Shown here one piece after another: positions 9,916 through 19,136 of a DNA stretch of 58,108 bases. The stretch lies in contig CATMHL010000001.1 in the NCBI GenBank assembly GCA_950068185.1, positions 1 through 58,108 on the forward strand, in the 5' to 3' direction. Under the pieces are notes generated by a model, which saw only the letters and a list, made by a program, of their open reading frames with translations, did not search any database and was not told the origin of the DNA. This stretch comes from an uncultured Pelagibacteraceae bacterium. Its GTDB lineage: Bacteria; Pseudomonadota; Alphaproteobacteria; Pelagibacterales; Pelagibacteraceae. Both the position numbers and the translations under genes were made by a program. Each line of letters starts with the position of its first letter. Position 1 is the first letter of the stretch.

Positions 9916-9916
9916 A

Positions 9917-10333
9917 ATGAAGATTGATAAAAAAATTATTGAAGAACTTGTGGGTTATTTAAAAGAATTTAACCTTAGTGAAATTGAATATGCTGAAGGA
10001 ACAACAAAAGTAAAGGTTTCTCGATCTATGAATAACCCGGGTACTATATCTGCTGAAGTAAAAAAAAAACAATCCGACATCGGGGATAACGTTGACTTAG
10101 GCTTAAAAATAACATCTCCAATTGTAGGAACTGCATATCTGTCTCCAGAACCAGGAGGAAAAAAATTTGTAGAAGTTGGTCAGAAAGTAAAAAAAGGACA
10201 AACCATTATGATCGTTGAAGCAATGAAAACAATGAATCATGTTCCTTCAACCTTAGATGGTGTAGTAAGTAAAGTTTTAGTAAATGATGGTGAGCCCGTA
10301 GAATTTGGTCAACCGCTTATTTCGCTTAAATAA
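9917..10333 (+). CDS. accB: Acetyl-CoA carboxylase biotin carboxyl carrier protein
   Basis: Biotinyl-lysine motif 'VEAMKTMN' in a C-terminal lipoyl-like domain. Immediately precedes accC. Confidence 0.9.
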   Translation: MKIDKKIIEELVGYLKEFNLSEIEYAEGTTKVKVSRSMNNPGTISAEVKKKQSDIGDNVDLGLKITSPIVGTAYLSPEPGGKKFVEVGQKVKKGQTIMIVEAMKTMNHVPSTLDGVVSKVLVNDGEPVEFGQPLISLK

Positions 10334-11670
10334 TGTTCAAAAAAATTTTGATTGCTAACCGTGGTGAAATAGCGGTCCGTATAATTAGAGCTTGTAAAGA
10401 ACTAAATATCCCAACAGTTGCTATTCATTCAGATGTTGATTCAGAATCAATGCACGTAAGATTGGCAGAAGAAAGTATTTGCATAGGTTCTCACAAACCA
10501 CAAAATAGTTACTTGAATATAGCTGCAATTATGTCAGCTGTTGATATAACTGGAGCAGATGCCATTCATCCAGGATATGGATTTCTCTCAGAAAACTATC
10601 ATTTTGCAGAGATCGTTACAAAAAGTAATATAAAGTTTATTGGCCCCAGCGCAGAAATTATAAAAAAGATGGGCGATAAAATTGAAGCAAAAAGAACTGC
10701 AAAAAAACTCGGACTTCCTATTATTGAAGGATCAGAAGGAAAAATTAACTCATTGGAAGAAGCAAAAAAAATTTCTTCAAATATTGGATATCCAGTTATG
10801 ATTAAAGCATCAGCTGGGGGTGGTGGAAAAGGAATGAAACTTGTTAAAAATAAAAATGAACTTGATAGCGCTCTTTCCTTAGCCAAACAGGAGGCAAAAA
10901 AATATTTCTCAAACGACGAAATATATATAGAAAAATATTTTGAAAAACCAAGGCATATTGAAGTACAAATTTTATCAGATAAAAAAAACACTATACACCT
11001 GGGCGAAAGGGACTGTAGTGTACAACGAAAACATCAAAAACTTATCGAAGAATCTCCAAGTCCCGTATTGAACGAAAGCACAAGACAAGATTTATTAAAA
11101 AAAACTCTAGAAATGGTTAGTAAACTTAATTATGAAGGTGCGGGAACAGTTGAATTTATCTATGACAATGGAAAGTTTTTTTTCTTAGAAATGAATACTA
11201 GAATTCAAGTTGAACATCCTGTTTCTGAAATAAGAGGTGGTATAGATATTGTCAAAGAACAAATAAAAATTGCTTCTATAGGCAAAACATCATTAAAGCA
11301 GTCAGATATAACCTTTAGGGGTCATGTTATTGAGTGTAGAATAAATGCAGAAGATCCAAATAAAAATTTTCAACCAAGCCCTGGAACTATCAGTGTTTGT
11401 CATCAACCCTCGGGTTTTAGAACTAGAGTAGATGGAGCTATTTTTCAGGGATGTAAGATTACACCACACTATGACAGTTTAATTTGTAAATTAATCTGTC
11501 AGGGAAGGAACAGAACTGAATCAATACAGAGGATGCTAAGAGCTTTAGATGAATTTGTAATTGAAGGAATAGCAACAACGATTAATTTGCACAAAAAAAT
11601 ACTTAGTCATAAAAAATTTATTAATTCCGATTTTGATGTCAATTGGTTAGTTAAAGAAAATTTTTATTAG
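10333..11670 (+). CDS. accC: Acetyl-CoA carboxylase biotin carboxylase subunit
   Basis: Contains 'KILIANRGEIAVRIIRA', 'HPGYGFLSEN', ATP-grasp 'GGGGKGM' and 'EMNTRIQVEHPV'. Confidence 0.95.
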   Translation: MFKKILIANRGEIAVRIIRACKELNIPTVAIHSDVDSESMHVRLAEESICIGSHKPQNSYLNIAAIMSAVDITGADAIHPGYGFLSENYHFAEIVTKSNIKFIGPSAEIIKKMGDKIEAKRTAKKLGLPIIEGSEGKINSLEEAKKISSNIGYPVMIKASAGGGGKGMKLVKNKNELDSALSLAKQEAKKYFSNDEIYIEKYFEKPRHIEVQILSDKKNTIHLGERDCSVQRKHQKLIEESPSPVLNESTRQDLLKKTLEMVSKLNYEGAGTVEFIYDNGKFFFLEMNTRIQVEHPVSEIRGGIDIVKEQIKIASIGKTSLKQSDITFRGHVIECRINAEDPNKNFQPSPGTISVCHQPSGFRTRVDGAIFQGCKITPHYDSLICKLICQGRNRTESIQRMLRALDEFVIEGIATTINLHKKILSHKKFINSDFDVNWLVKENFY

Positions 11671-12197
11671 ATATTTTCACAACTCGTAATCCATAAATCA
11701 TAAAGTGGGTGATCGATTGAGTGCAAAGTTGGACTAGAAACAAAAGCCCATCCATTAAATAAAAAAACTTGGTTGTTATCTTTAGCGGATAGGTCTTTAA
11801 CTTGCAAATAAGCAACGGTATCTATGGAGTCATTGTTTTCTGAAAGTTGACATTTTAAAGCCTTAATTTCTAAAGAAGCAAAAAATTTTTTTTCACCGAC
11901 ACCTAATCTAATTGCTGTTGTTTTTGCAGTTATTTTATCTAAAGCTGTTAAATTAATATAAACTTTTTCATTTTTTTGAGTTTTGGACTCTTCAAAAATA
12001 TCTTCGCTTTTATTTAAATTAGTATTTTTTTCGTTTATTTTTTCCAATTCATCTTTATCTTCTTCAAAAGTTGGTGATAAATCTTCTAAATTTATTAAAG
12101 GCACTATTTCAATTTCGTCTACAGAAAAAACAGGTAAAGTGCTTATAATCAGTAAGACAAAAGCGAAAATAAAAATTTTAAAATTTCCAAGTTTCAT
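11667..12197 (-). CDS. DUF2155 domain secreted protein
   Basis: Signal peptide, 'LDKITAKT', and the C-terminal 'FNGWAFVSSPTLHSIDHPLYDLWITSC' signature. Sits downstream of the NDUFA12-like gene, as is usual in alphaproteobacteria. Overlaps that gene by 20 nt. Confidence 0.7.
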   Translation of the reverse strand: MKLGNFKIFIFAFVLLIISTLPVFSVDEIEIVPLINLEDLSPTFEEDKDELEKINEKNTNLNKSEDIFEESKTQKNEKVYINLTALDKITAKTTAIRLGVGEKKFFASLEIKALKCQLSENNDSIDTVAYLQVKDLSAKDNNQVFLFNGWAFVSSPTLHSIDHPLYDLWITSCENI

Positions 12198-12546
12198 ATT
12201 TTTTTATATTTTGTCTCGAACCAGAGGCTAGCGAGCCTTCTGGTTTGTATGCTTCTTTTGTTCCTGTTAAATTTTCTCTATGTTTTTTTTGCCATGGAAA
12301 TTTATTTGGATTATCAGAAGGTTTATTTTTTGTCAAAAAATGTATCCATAAATACCATTCGGGGGGAATTTTTGACGCCTCAACACTGTTTTTATAAATT
12401 ACCCATCTTTTACCCCTAGAATTAGAATAATATTTATTTCCAAATTCATCTGCACCAACAAATTTTCCTACGAACAAAGTATAGATGAAAGTTCCTAAAG
12501 TTTGCCTATGCCACCAAGTAAATATTTGCTTTAAAAAATTAATCAC
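12178..12546 (-). CDS. NADH:ubiquinone oxidoreductase subunit NDUFA12 (B17.2)-like protein
   Basis: Contains 'WWHRQTLGT', 'GADEFGNKYY', 'RWVIY' and 'IPPEWYLWIH'. Confidence 0.8.
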   Translation of the reverse strand: MINFLKQIFTWWHRQTLGTFIYTLFVGKFVGADEFGNKYYSNSRGKRWVIYKNSVEASKIPPEWYLWIHFLTKNKPSDNPNKFPWQKKHRENLTGTKEAYKPEGSLASGSRQNIKKYETWKF

Positions 12547-12706
12547 AAAATTATTATTGATTCGTTTTGTTATATTTTTTAACCAAGTTTAAAATCCACA
12601 CAATTAAAAATTGTAAATAATTGATTAGACTTAAAATATATTTAGTATATATCATATAAATGTACACAATATATAAAAATAATCAAATTTTGGAGATTCT
12701 CATATT

Positions 12707-13567
12707 ATGCAAAAATATATAGTTGAAACGTTCTATACATGCGCATTTAAAATTACCCATAAACTCGATGAACTAAATGAAAAAAATCTTTCTGATTTAG
12801 AAAACCGTAACGATGGTGAAGTTCAAATAATTGATGTAAAACTAAACAACAGAAAAACTAAAATAGCAGATAATAAAAAAAATCTTGATAATGCTTTTGA
12901 TAAATTACAGAACAAAAATACTGCTGCTATTTCTTCGATAGTCAGTGAAAAAATTGTTAATTCTGATAAATCCCAAATTTCAAATGAATTTGACAACAAA
13001 TACCTAAAATCACAAAAATTCAACAAAAAAACTAATGATAGATCAAAAATGCCTGATAGAAGAAAAGGCTACATTCAAAAAGTTACAATAGGAAATCATA
13101 AAATTTACTTACATACAGGAGAATATGATGAAGGAAAAGTCGGTGAAATTTTTATCGATATGAACAAAGAAGGAGAGCTAGTAAAGGCTTTAATGAATAA
13201 TTTTGCAATAGCTATCTCTTTAGGACTTCAATACGGGGTTCCCCTGGATGAATTTGTAGATGCTTTTATAGAAACTAAATTTGAACCATCTGGAGAAATT
13301 AAAGGAAATGATAGAATACTAAATGCTTCTTCAATTCTTGACTATATTTTTAGAGAACTAGCCATATCTTATTTAGGTAGAGAAGATCTCGCTCATACTC
13401 CTTCGATTAGCAAATCCATGAATTATAAAATAACTAATGATGATGGTGAAGATACATTTTTAAAATTAGTAAAAGATATCACGAGTAAAGGTTTTGTTAG
13501 AAGTAACTATAAAGATAAACTAGTTGATCTCAGTAATGTAAAAATTAATTTAAAGAGCAATAAGTAA
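12707..13567 (+). CDS. Stand-alone TSCPD-domain protein (homologous to the C-terminal region of class II/B12 ribonucleotide reductase) with an uncharacterised N-terminal half
   Basis: Residues ~115-235 read '[79 protein letters not shown]...[19 protein letters not shown]'. This matches the NrdJ C-terminal/TSCPD block. The N-terminal ~114 aa has no recognisable motif. GGAG lies 11 nt upstream of the ATG. Confidence 0.7.
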   Translation: MQKYIVETFYTCAFKITHKLDELNEKNLSDLENRNDGEVQIIDVKLNNRKTKIADNKKNLDNAFDKLQNKNTAAISSIVSEKIVNSDKSQISNEFDNKYLKSQKFNKKTNDRSKMPDRRKGYIQKVTIGNHKIYLHTGEYDEGKVGEIFIDMNKEGELVKALMNNFAIAISLGLQYGVPLDEFVDAFIETKFEPSGEIKGNDRILNASSILDYIFRELAISYLGREDLAHTPSISKSMNYKITNDDGEDTFLKLVKDITSKGFVRSNYKDKLVDLSNVKINLKSNK

Positions 13568-13570
13568 AAA

Positions 13571-15364
13571 TTATTTCTTTTTTTCTAAAACTTTAATATT
13601 TAATTCTTTGAGCTGAAGTTCGCTTGGCGTTGATGGGGCTCCCATTAACAAATCTTGAGCATTTTGGTTCATTGGAAACAACGTGACTTCACGTATATTA
13701 TTTTTACCAGCTAGCAACATAACAATTCTGTCAATTCCAGGAGCCATTCCACCGTGCGGTGGGGCTCCATATGAAAGAGCTTTAATCATTCCTTCAAATT
13801 TCTTATTTACAACTTCCTTAGAATAACCAACTTTAGAAAAAACTTTATACATTAAATTAGGTAAATGGTTCCTTATTGCGCCCGAAGATATTTCATAACC
13901 ATTACATACCAGGTCATATTGATAAGCAAGTATTGATAAAGGATCAGCTTTATCAAAATCTTTCAAACTAACTTGTGGCATTGAAAAAGGGTTATGACTA
14001 AAATCAATTTTTTTTTCTTTGTCATCATATTGATACATGGGATAATCAGTTATCCAACAAAATTCAAACTTTTTATTGTTTATAAGATTAAGTTCTTTAC
14101 CTAATTTTTGTCTAACAATTCCAGAAATTCTTTCCGCTTCTTTTACTTTATCGGAAGAGAAAAATACTGTATCTTTTTCTTTTAATTTACAAATTTTTGC
14201 CAATTCAGCGATAGCTTTTTCAGAAAAAAACTTTCCTATAGGTCCTTTTCCAATTAATTTACCTTTATTTTTTTCTAATACAATATAACCTAGTCCTTTT
14301 GCTCCTTCTTCTTTAGCCCAATTATTATATCCATCAAAAAAACTTCTAGGTTTAGAAGACGTGTTTGGAGCAGGTATAGCTCTAACGACTCCACCTTTTT
14401 CAATTAATTTTTTAAAAATATCTAATTTAACATCATTTCTTTTCATAACTTCTGTAACATCAAATATTTCGATTGGATTTCTTAAATCGGGCTTGTCTGT
14501 ACCATATTTTAACATTGAGCTTTTGTAAGTAATTTTTTTAAATGGAGTTTTAGAAACAGTTTTTCCTTTTCCAAATTCAGTAAACAACTTAAAAAAAATA
14601 GGTTCCATTGCATTAAAAACATCATCTTGTTCAACAAACGACATTTCCATATCTAGTTGATAATGTTCTCCGGGACTTCTGTCTGCTCGACCATCTTCAT
14701 CTCTAAAACATGGTGCAATTTGAAAATATTTATCAAAACCCGAAATCATAACCATTTGTTTAAATTGTTGTGGAGCTTGTGGTAAAGCATAAAATTTTCC
14801 TGGATGCATTCTGCTTGGAACTAAAAAATCTCTTGCCCCTTCAGGACTTGAAGCAGTTAAGATTGGAGTTTGAAATTCTAAAAAACCATCTGCTATCATT
14901 TTATTTCTTATAAAATAAATTACCTTTGATCTTAGAACAATATTTTCATGCATTTCTTGTCTACGTAAATCCAAAAATCTATATTTTAGTCTTGTCTCCT
15001 CTGGATAATCTTGTTCTCCAAAAACTGGCATGGGCAAATCCAGTGATTCAGACAAAATTTCAAATGAGGAAATTTTTACTTCTACCTCGCCAGTAAACAA
15101 ATCTTTATTTATAGTATCGGCAGACCTATTAACTACTTTGCCAGACACACAAACGACGGATTCTGGTTTTATTTTTTCTACAATTTTAAAAAAATTATTG
15201 CTATTTTCGATTACGCATTGAGTTAAACCAAAATGATCTCTCAAATCAAAAAAGAGAAGGTTGCCATGATCTCTTTTTCTATGAATCCATCCGGAAAGTT
15301 TAACCGTCGTGCCAGAATTTTTCTTAGTTATTTCTGAACAAGTGTGAGTTCTGAATTTATGCAA
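13571..15364 (-). CDS. aspS: Aspartyl-tRNA synthetase
   Basis: 597 aa. OB-fold N-terminus 'GWIHRKRDHGNLLFFDLRD'. Class II motifs 'FQIAPCFRDED' and 'GAPPHGGMAPGIDR'. Confidence 0.95.
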   Translation of the reverse strand: MHKFRTHTCSEITKKNSGTTVKLSGWIHRKRDHGNLLFFDLRDHFGLTQCVIENSNNFFKIVEKIKPESVVCVSGKVVNRSADTINKDLFTGEVEVKISSFEILSESLDLPMPVFGEQDYPEETRLKYRFLDLRRQEMHENIVLRSKVIYFIRNKMIADGFLEFQTPILTASSPEGARDFLVPSRMHPGKFYALPQAPQQFKQMVMISGFDKYFQIAPCFRDEDGRADRSPGEHYQLDMEMSFVEQDDVFNAMEPIFFKLFTEFGKGKTVSKTPFKKITYKSSMLKYGTDKPDLRNPIEIFDVTEVMKRNDVKLDIFKKLIEKGGVVRAIPAPNTSSKPRSFFDGYNNWAKEEGAKGLGYIVLEKNKGKLIGKGPIGKFFSEKAIAELAKICKLKEKDTVFFSSDKVKEAERISGIVRQKLGKELNLINNKKFEFCWITDYPMYQYDDKEKKIDFSHNPFSMPQVSLKDFDKADPLSILAYQYDLVCNGYEISSGAIRNHLPNLMYKVFSKVGYSKEVVNKKFEGMIKALSYGAPPHGGMAPGIDRIVMLLAGKNNIREVTLFPMNQNAQDLLMGAPSTPSELQLKELNIKVLEKKK

Positions 15365-15384
15365 AGTGATTCCTTTTTAAAAAT

Positions 15385-16044
15385 TTATATCATTTTTAAC
15401 ACTTCTTTAATCAATTTTAAGGCAAATGGGCTTCCTTTTTTTAAAGAATATTTATCTAAAGTTAAAATAAATTGGGATATTTTTTCATACGATCTATCTA
15501 TTCTTTTGATAATGTAATCAATATGTTTTTTCTCAACCGTAATTTGTTTATCTGAAAAGTTTTTTGCAAGAATTACACTAATTAAATCATCACTAGGAAG
15601 ATTTATACCAATAATTAAGCTGCTAGTGACTCTAGACGTTAAATCTCGCAATTTAAATTTAAATGAATTGATTGGTTTTTTTGAAGTAATTAAGAGATAT
15701 TTGTTATCTTGCAAAGCAATATTCCACAGTGAGAATAATAATTTTTCTGAAACCTTTCTATCCAAATTTTCAATTATTAAAGTCTCTTTTGTTTTAAACT
15801 TAAAAAAAATTTCGTCACTTAATTTTTTGGTTTCAATTTGTAAACATGAAGTTTTACTTTTTAATATAGATGCCAAATGAGATTTTCCAGAACCAGAGGG
15901 ACCAAAAATATTAACAGTTCGTTTTATCCATTTTGGCCAACTATTTATAAAATCATATGCCTTTTGATTGCTGGGAGAAACATAGAAATCTTCTTTTTTA
16001 TAAGCCTGATGAGATGGAAATTTTAAAATTAATTGATCACTCAT
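15385..16044 (-). CDS. hda: DnaA regulatory inactivator Hda (HdaA-type AAA+ protein)
   Basis: Contains 'QLILKF...EDFYVSPSNQKAYDFINSWPKW' and Walker A 'GPSGSGKSHL'. About 220 aa. Confidence 0.75.
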   Translation of the reverse strand: MSDQLILKFPSHQAYKKEDFYVSPSNQKAYDFINSWPKWIKRTVNIFGPSGSGKSHLASILKSKTSCLQIETKKLSDEIFFKFKTKETLIIENLDRKVSEKLLFSLWNIALQDNKYLLITSKKPINSFKFKLRDLTSRVTSSLIIGINLPSDDLISVILAKNFSDKQITVEKKHIDYIIKRIDRSYEKISQFILTLDKYSLKKGSPFALKLIKEVLKMI

Positions 16045-17134
16045 TTAAATATAGTCGCCAATATCCCTGATCATTTTTTAACTGATATCCAAATTTTAAT
16101 AATTCTGTTATCAGTTTTTTTGGATTGCCATAATAATATATTTTAAAAAAAGAATTATTAATATTAAATTCTTCTAAAATGTAACTATCAATTAGACCTA
16201 TTTTGTAAAAAATATTTCTTAATTTATCTAGATCTTCAAGATTTGAATGTTGATATTGTAATCTTATTGATAATGGCATCAAAAGGTTGATAAGACTTTC
16301 TTCTTTCCAAAGATCCGTAATTTTAAACTTTAGATCTTTTGCAATAGAATTTAGCACCAACCCATCATTCATATTTTCTACTTCGTATAAAAAATTTTTA
16401 TTTGTTTTATTATTATTGAAGTTTGTTTTGACATGTATATTTAATTTCTTATCTTGATAATCAAATAATGCAAAAACATAACTTTTTATATCATACTTGT
16501 TTACTAAAACATCAACGTCAAGTTCTTCAATTCTATTTTTCATTTCCATTATTTTAGAAATATCTTCTAAGTCCTCCAGAGGTAATATAAAATTTATTAA
16601 TTCATTTTTAATTTCAATTTCTGTCCAATGTTTATAAAAAAAGTTTTCACTAAAATTTTGAATTTCATTATTAATAATAAGAACAGGAAAAAAAATTGCA
16701 GAAATATTTTCAGGCTGTGAAAATGAAATATTTTTTTGCCTTAAAAATTTTTTTACTTTGGCATCACTATAAAATATTTTAATTTTAGCTTTATATTCAT
16801 CTTTACGGTAACTTTCTTCCAAAATCTGAAAGCTGTTAATTAAACTTTTTATTTGTTTTAATTTTATATTATTTACTTTTGTAAAATCCCTTGAAAGTAG
16901 AATCTTGTTCATAAGTATCTCAAAAGAATTTGAAAAAGCCTTATTAATATATTTTTCTCTTGAAAAGTTTAAATCTATATTTCCTTTGACTGTAACATTA
17001 TTTATAGTAAAAACATTTTCTTCCGAAAAACTTTTTGTAAATAAGATGAATAAAAATATAGTTGCTGTGAAAAAAATAAAAATATATTCTCTTAAAAAGG
17101 CTACTAAATATTTTAATAATAAATAATTTTTCAT
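16037..17134 (-). CDS. Secreted hypothetical protein, DUF2066-like
   Basis: N-terminal signal/TM segment. General layout and the position next to purM resemble DUF2066 proteins. No catalytic motif recognised. Confidence 0.4.
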   Translation of the reverse strand: MKNYLLLKYLVAFLREYIFIFFTATIFLFILFTKSFSEENVFTINNVTVKGNIDLNFSREKYINKAFSNSFEILMNKILLSRDFTKVNNIKLKQIKSLINSFQILEESYRKDEYKAKIKIFYSDAKVKKFLRQKNISFSQPENISAIFFPVLIINNEIQNFSENFFYKHWTEIEIKNELINFILPLEDLEDISKIMEMKNRIEELDVDVLVNKYDIKSYVFALFDYQDKKLNIHVKTNFNNNKTNKNFLYEVENMNDGLVLNSIAKDLKFKITDLWKEESLINLLMPLSIRLQYQHSNLEDLDKLRNIFYKIGLIDSYILEEFNINNSFFKIYYYGNPKKLITELLKFGYQLKNDQGYWRLYLNE

Positions 17135-18170
17135 GAAAAAAACCTATAATACTTACAAAAAAAGCGGTGTTAATATGGCAGTTGCTGATAAGCTAGTAAG
17201 CTACATATCTAAAATATCAAGAAAAACTTACAAAAAAAATATTGATACAGGGTCTTTTAAAAATATTGGAAGTTTCGGATCTATTTTTGACTTGTCGTCA
17301 TTAAAAATGAGTCATCCTCTTATAGTATCGTCTACGGATGGTGTTGGTACAAAAATTGAAATAGCAAATCAAATTAAGAAATATAATACAATTGGAATTG
17401 ATTTGGTGGCAATGTGTGTAAATGATTTAATAGTTCAAGGAGCAAAACCAATTTTTTTTTTAGATTATATTGCAATTAATAAACTCAAACTCAATAAAGT
17501 TAAAAAAATTTTAGATGGTATAGTTTCTGGATGTAAGTTATCTGAATGTGCTTTAATTGGAGGAGAAACGGCTGAGATGCCAGGAACATATAGCAAAAAT
17601 AAATTTGATTTGGCTGGATTTGCTGTTGGTTTAGTAGAAAAAAAAAATTTATTAACAAAAAGTAATATCAAATTAAATGATATTATTTTAGCTATACCTT
17701 CATCGGGAATACACTCAAATGGATTTTCACTCATTAGAAAGATTTTACAAAAAAAGACTAATTCATTTTTATCTCCATATATTAAAAAAGAACTAATTAA
17801 ACCAACTAAAATTTATGTAAAAGAACTTAATAAAATTAATAAAAAAAAATTAATTAATGGCTGCGCTAATATAACAGGCGGTGGGTTATTAGATAATTTA
17901 ATTAGAGTTGTTCCTGAAAATTTGTGTTTAAATATTGATTTATCTAAAATCAAAACTAAATCCATTTTCAGATGGTTGAGAAAAAATAATATTAAGGACT
18001 CAGAAATGCTTAAAACATTTAATTGTGGAGTTGGATTTTGTTTAATTACAAATAAACGAAATGTGAATAAGATTAAAAAAATATTTTCTAAAGAGTATCA
18101 ACCATATCAAATAGGTTTTATATCTAAAGAAAAATCAAAAATTAAAACATTAGGTAAATTACGATGGTAA
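17133..18170 (+). CDS. purM: Phosphoribosylformylglycinamidine cyclo-ligase (AIR synthetase)
   Basis: Contains 'TYKKSGVNMAVADKLV', 'STDGVGTKIEIA', 'DLVAMCVNDL' and 'GGETAEMPG'. Confidence 0.95.
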   Translation: MKKTYNTYKKSGVNMAVADKLVSYISKISRKTYKKNIDTGSFKNIGSFGSIFDLSSLKMSHPLIVSSTDGVGTKIEIANQIKKYNTIGIDLVAMCVNDLIVQGAKPIFFLDYIAINKLKLNKVKKILDGIVSGCKLSECALIGGETAEMPGTYSKNKFDLAGFAVGLVEKKNLLTKSNIKLNDIILAIPSSGIHSNGFSLIRKILQKKTNSFLSPYIKKELIKPTKIYVKELNKINKKKLINGCANITGGGLLDNLIRVVPENLCLNIDLSKIKTKSIFRWLRKNNIKDSEMLKTFNCGVGFCLITNKRNVNKIKKIFSKEYQPYQIGFISKEKSKIKTLGKLRW

Positions 18171-18727
18171 ACAAAATAAGATCATGCGTTCTTATTTCCG
18201 GTAATGGATCAAACCTTAGATCGTTAATAAAAAGTTCAAGAGACTACAATTTCCCTATTAAAATTCAATTAATTATATCAAATAATCCAAATGCAAAAGG
18301 GCTTCGTTTTGCTAAACAGTATTCTATTCCATACAAATTTTTTCCATCTGATAATAAAGAAAAATTTGAAAGAAATAGTTTGTTTGAAATTAAAAAAAGA
18401 AAAATTAAATTCTTGTGTCTTGCGGGTTTTATGAAAATACTATCAAAGAACTTCATAAAAACCTTTGGTTATAAAATTGTTAATATTCACCCTTCCCTGC
18501 TACCAAAATATAAGGGATTAAATACTCATAAAAGAGTTTTAAAAAGTAGAGAAAAATATTCTGGTTGCACAGTTCATTTAGTTACTCCAAAATTAGACTC
18601 CGGCAAAATCATTTTGCAAAAAAAAACCTTGATAGATAAAAATGAAACGGAAAACTCTCTTAAAACAAAAATTTTAAAGCAGGAACATAAACTTTATCCT
18701 CAGTCAATAATATCAGTATTTAAGTAA
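18164..18727 (+). CDS. purN: Phosphoribosylglycinamide formyltransferase
   Basis: Contains 'VLISGNGSNL', 'LAGFMKIL', 'NIHPSLLPKYKGLNTH' and 'GCTVHLVTPKLDSG'. Overlaps purM by 7 nt. Confidence 0.9.
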   Translation: MVNKIRSCVLISGNGSNLRSLIKSSRDYNFPIKIQLIISNNPNAKGLRFAKQYSIPYKFFPSDNKEKFERNSLFEIKKRKIKFLCLAGFMKILSKNFIKTFGYKIVNIHPSLLPKYKGLNTHKRVLKSREKYSGCTVHLVTPKLDSGKIILQKKTLIDKNETENSLKTKILKQEHKLYPQSIISVFK

Positions 18728-18730
18728 TTT

Positions 18731-19132
18731 TTATTTAAAGAAAAAATCTATTTCAGTTTTTCCATTTTCAGCACTATCTGACCCATGAACTGAATTTTTA
18801 CCGATTGAAAGACCATACATTTTTCTTAATGTTCCTTCCTCTGCTTTTGACGGATCTGTTGCTCCCATTAATTGCCTATTTTTTGATACTGCATTTTCGC
18901 CTTCTAATATCATCACAACTATAGGTCCGGATGACAAATAATTACATAATTCTTTATAAAATGGCTTTGTTTGATGTGCTTTATAAAATTCAGATGCTTC
19001 TTCTTTAGAAATTTTTACTTTTTTGCTCTTTAAAATTTTTAAATTATTTTTTTCAAAAAAAACTTTTATTTTATTAGCTATATTTCTTTCAACAGCATCT
19101 GGTTTAATGATTGATAAAGTTTGTTCAATCAT
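18731..19132 (-). CDS. ndk: Nucleoside diphosphate kinase
   Basis: Contains 'TLSIIKPDAV', 'GPIVVMILEG' and 'NSVHGSDS'. Confidence 0.9.
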   Translation of the reverse strand: MIEQTLSIIKPDAVERNIANKIKVFFEKNNLKILKSKKVKISKEEASEFYKAHQTKPFYKELCNYLSSGPIVVMILEGENAVSKNRQLMGATDPSKAEEGTLRKMYGLSIGKNSVHGSDSAENGKTEIDFFFK

Positions 19133-19136
19133 AATT

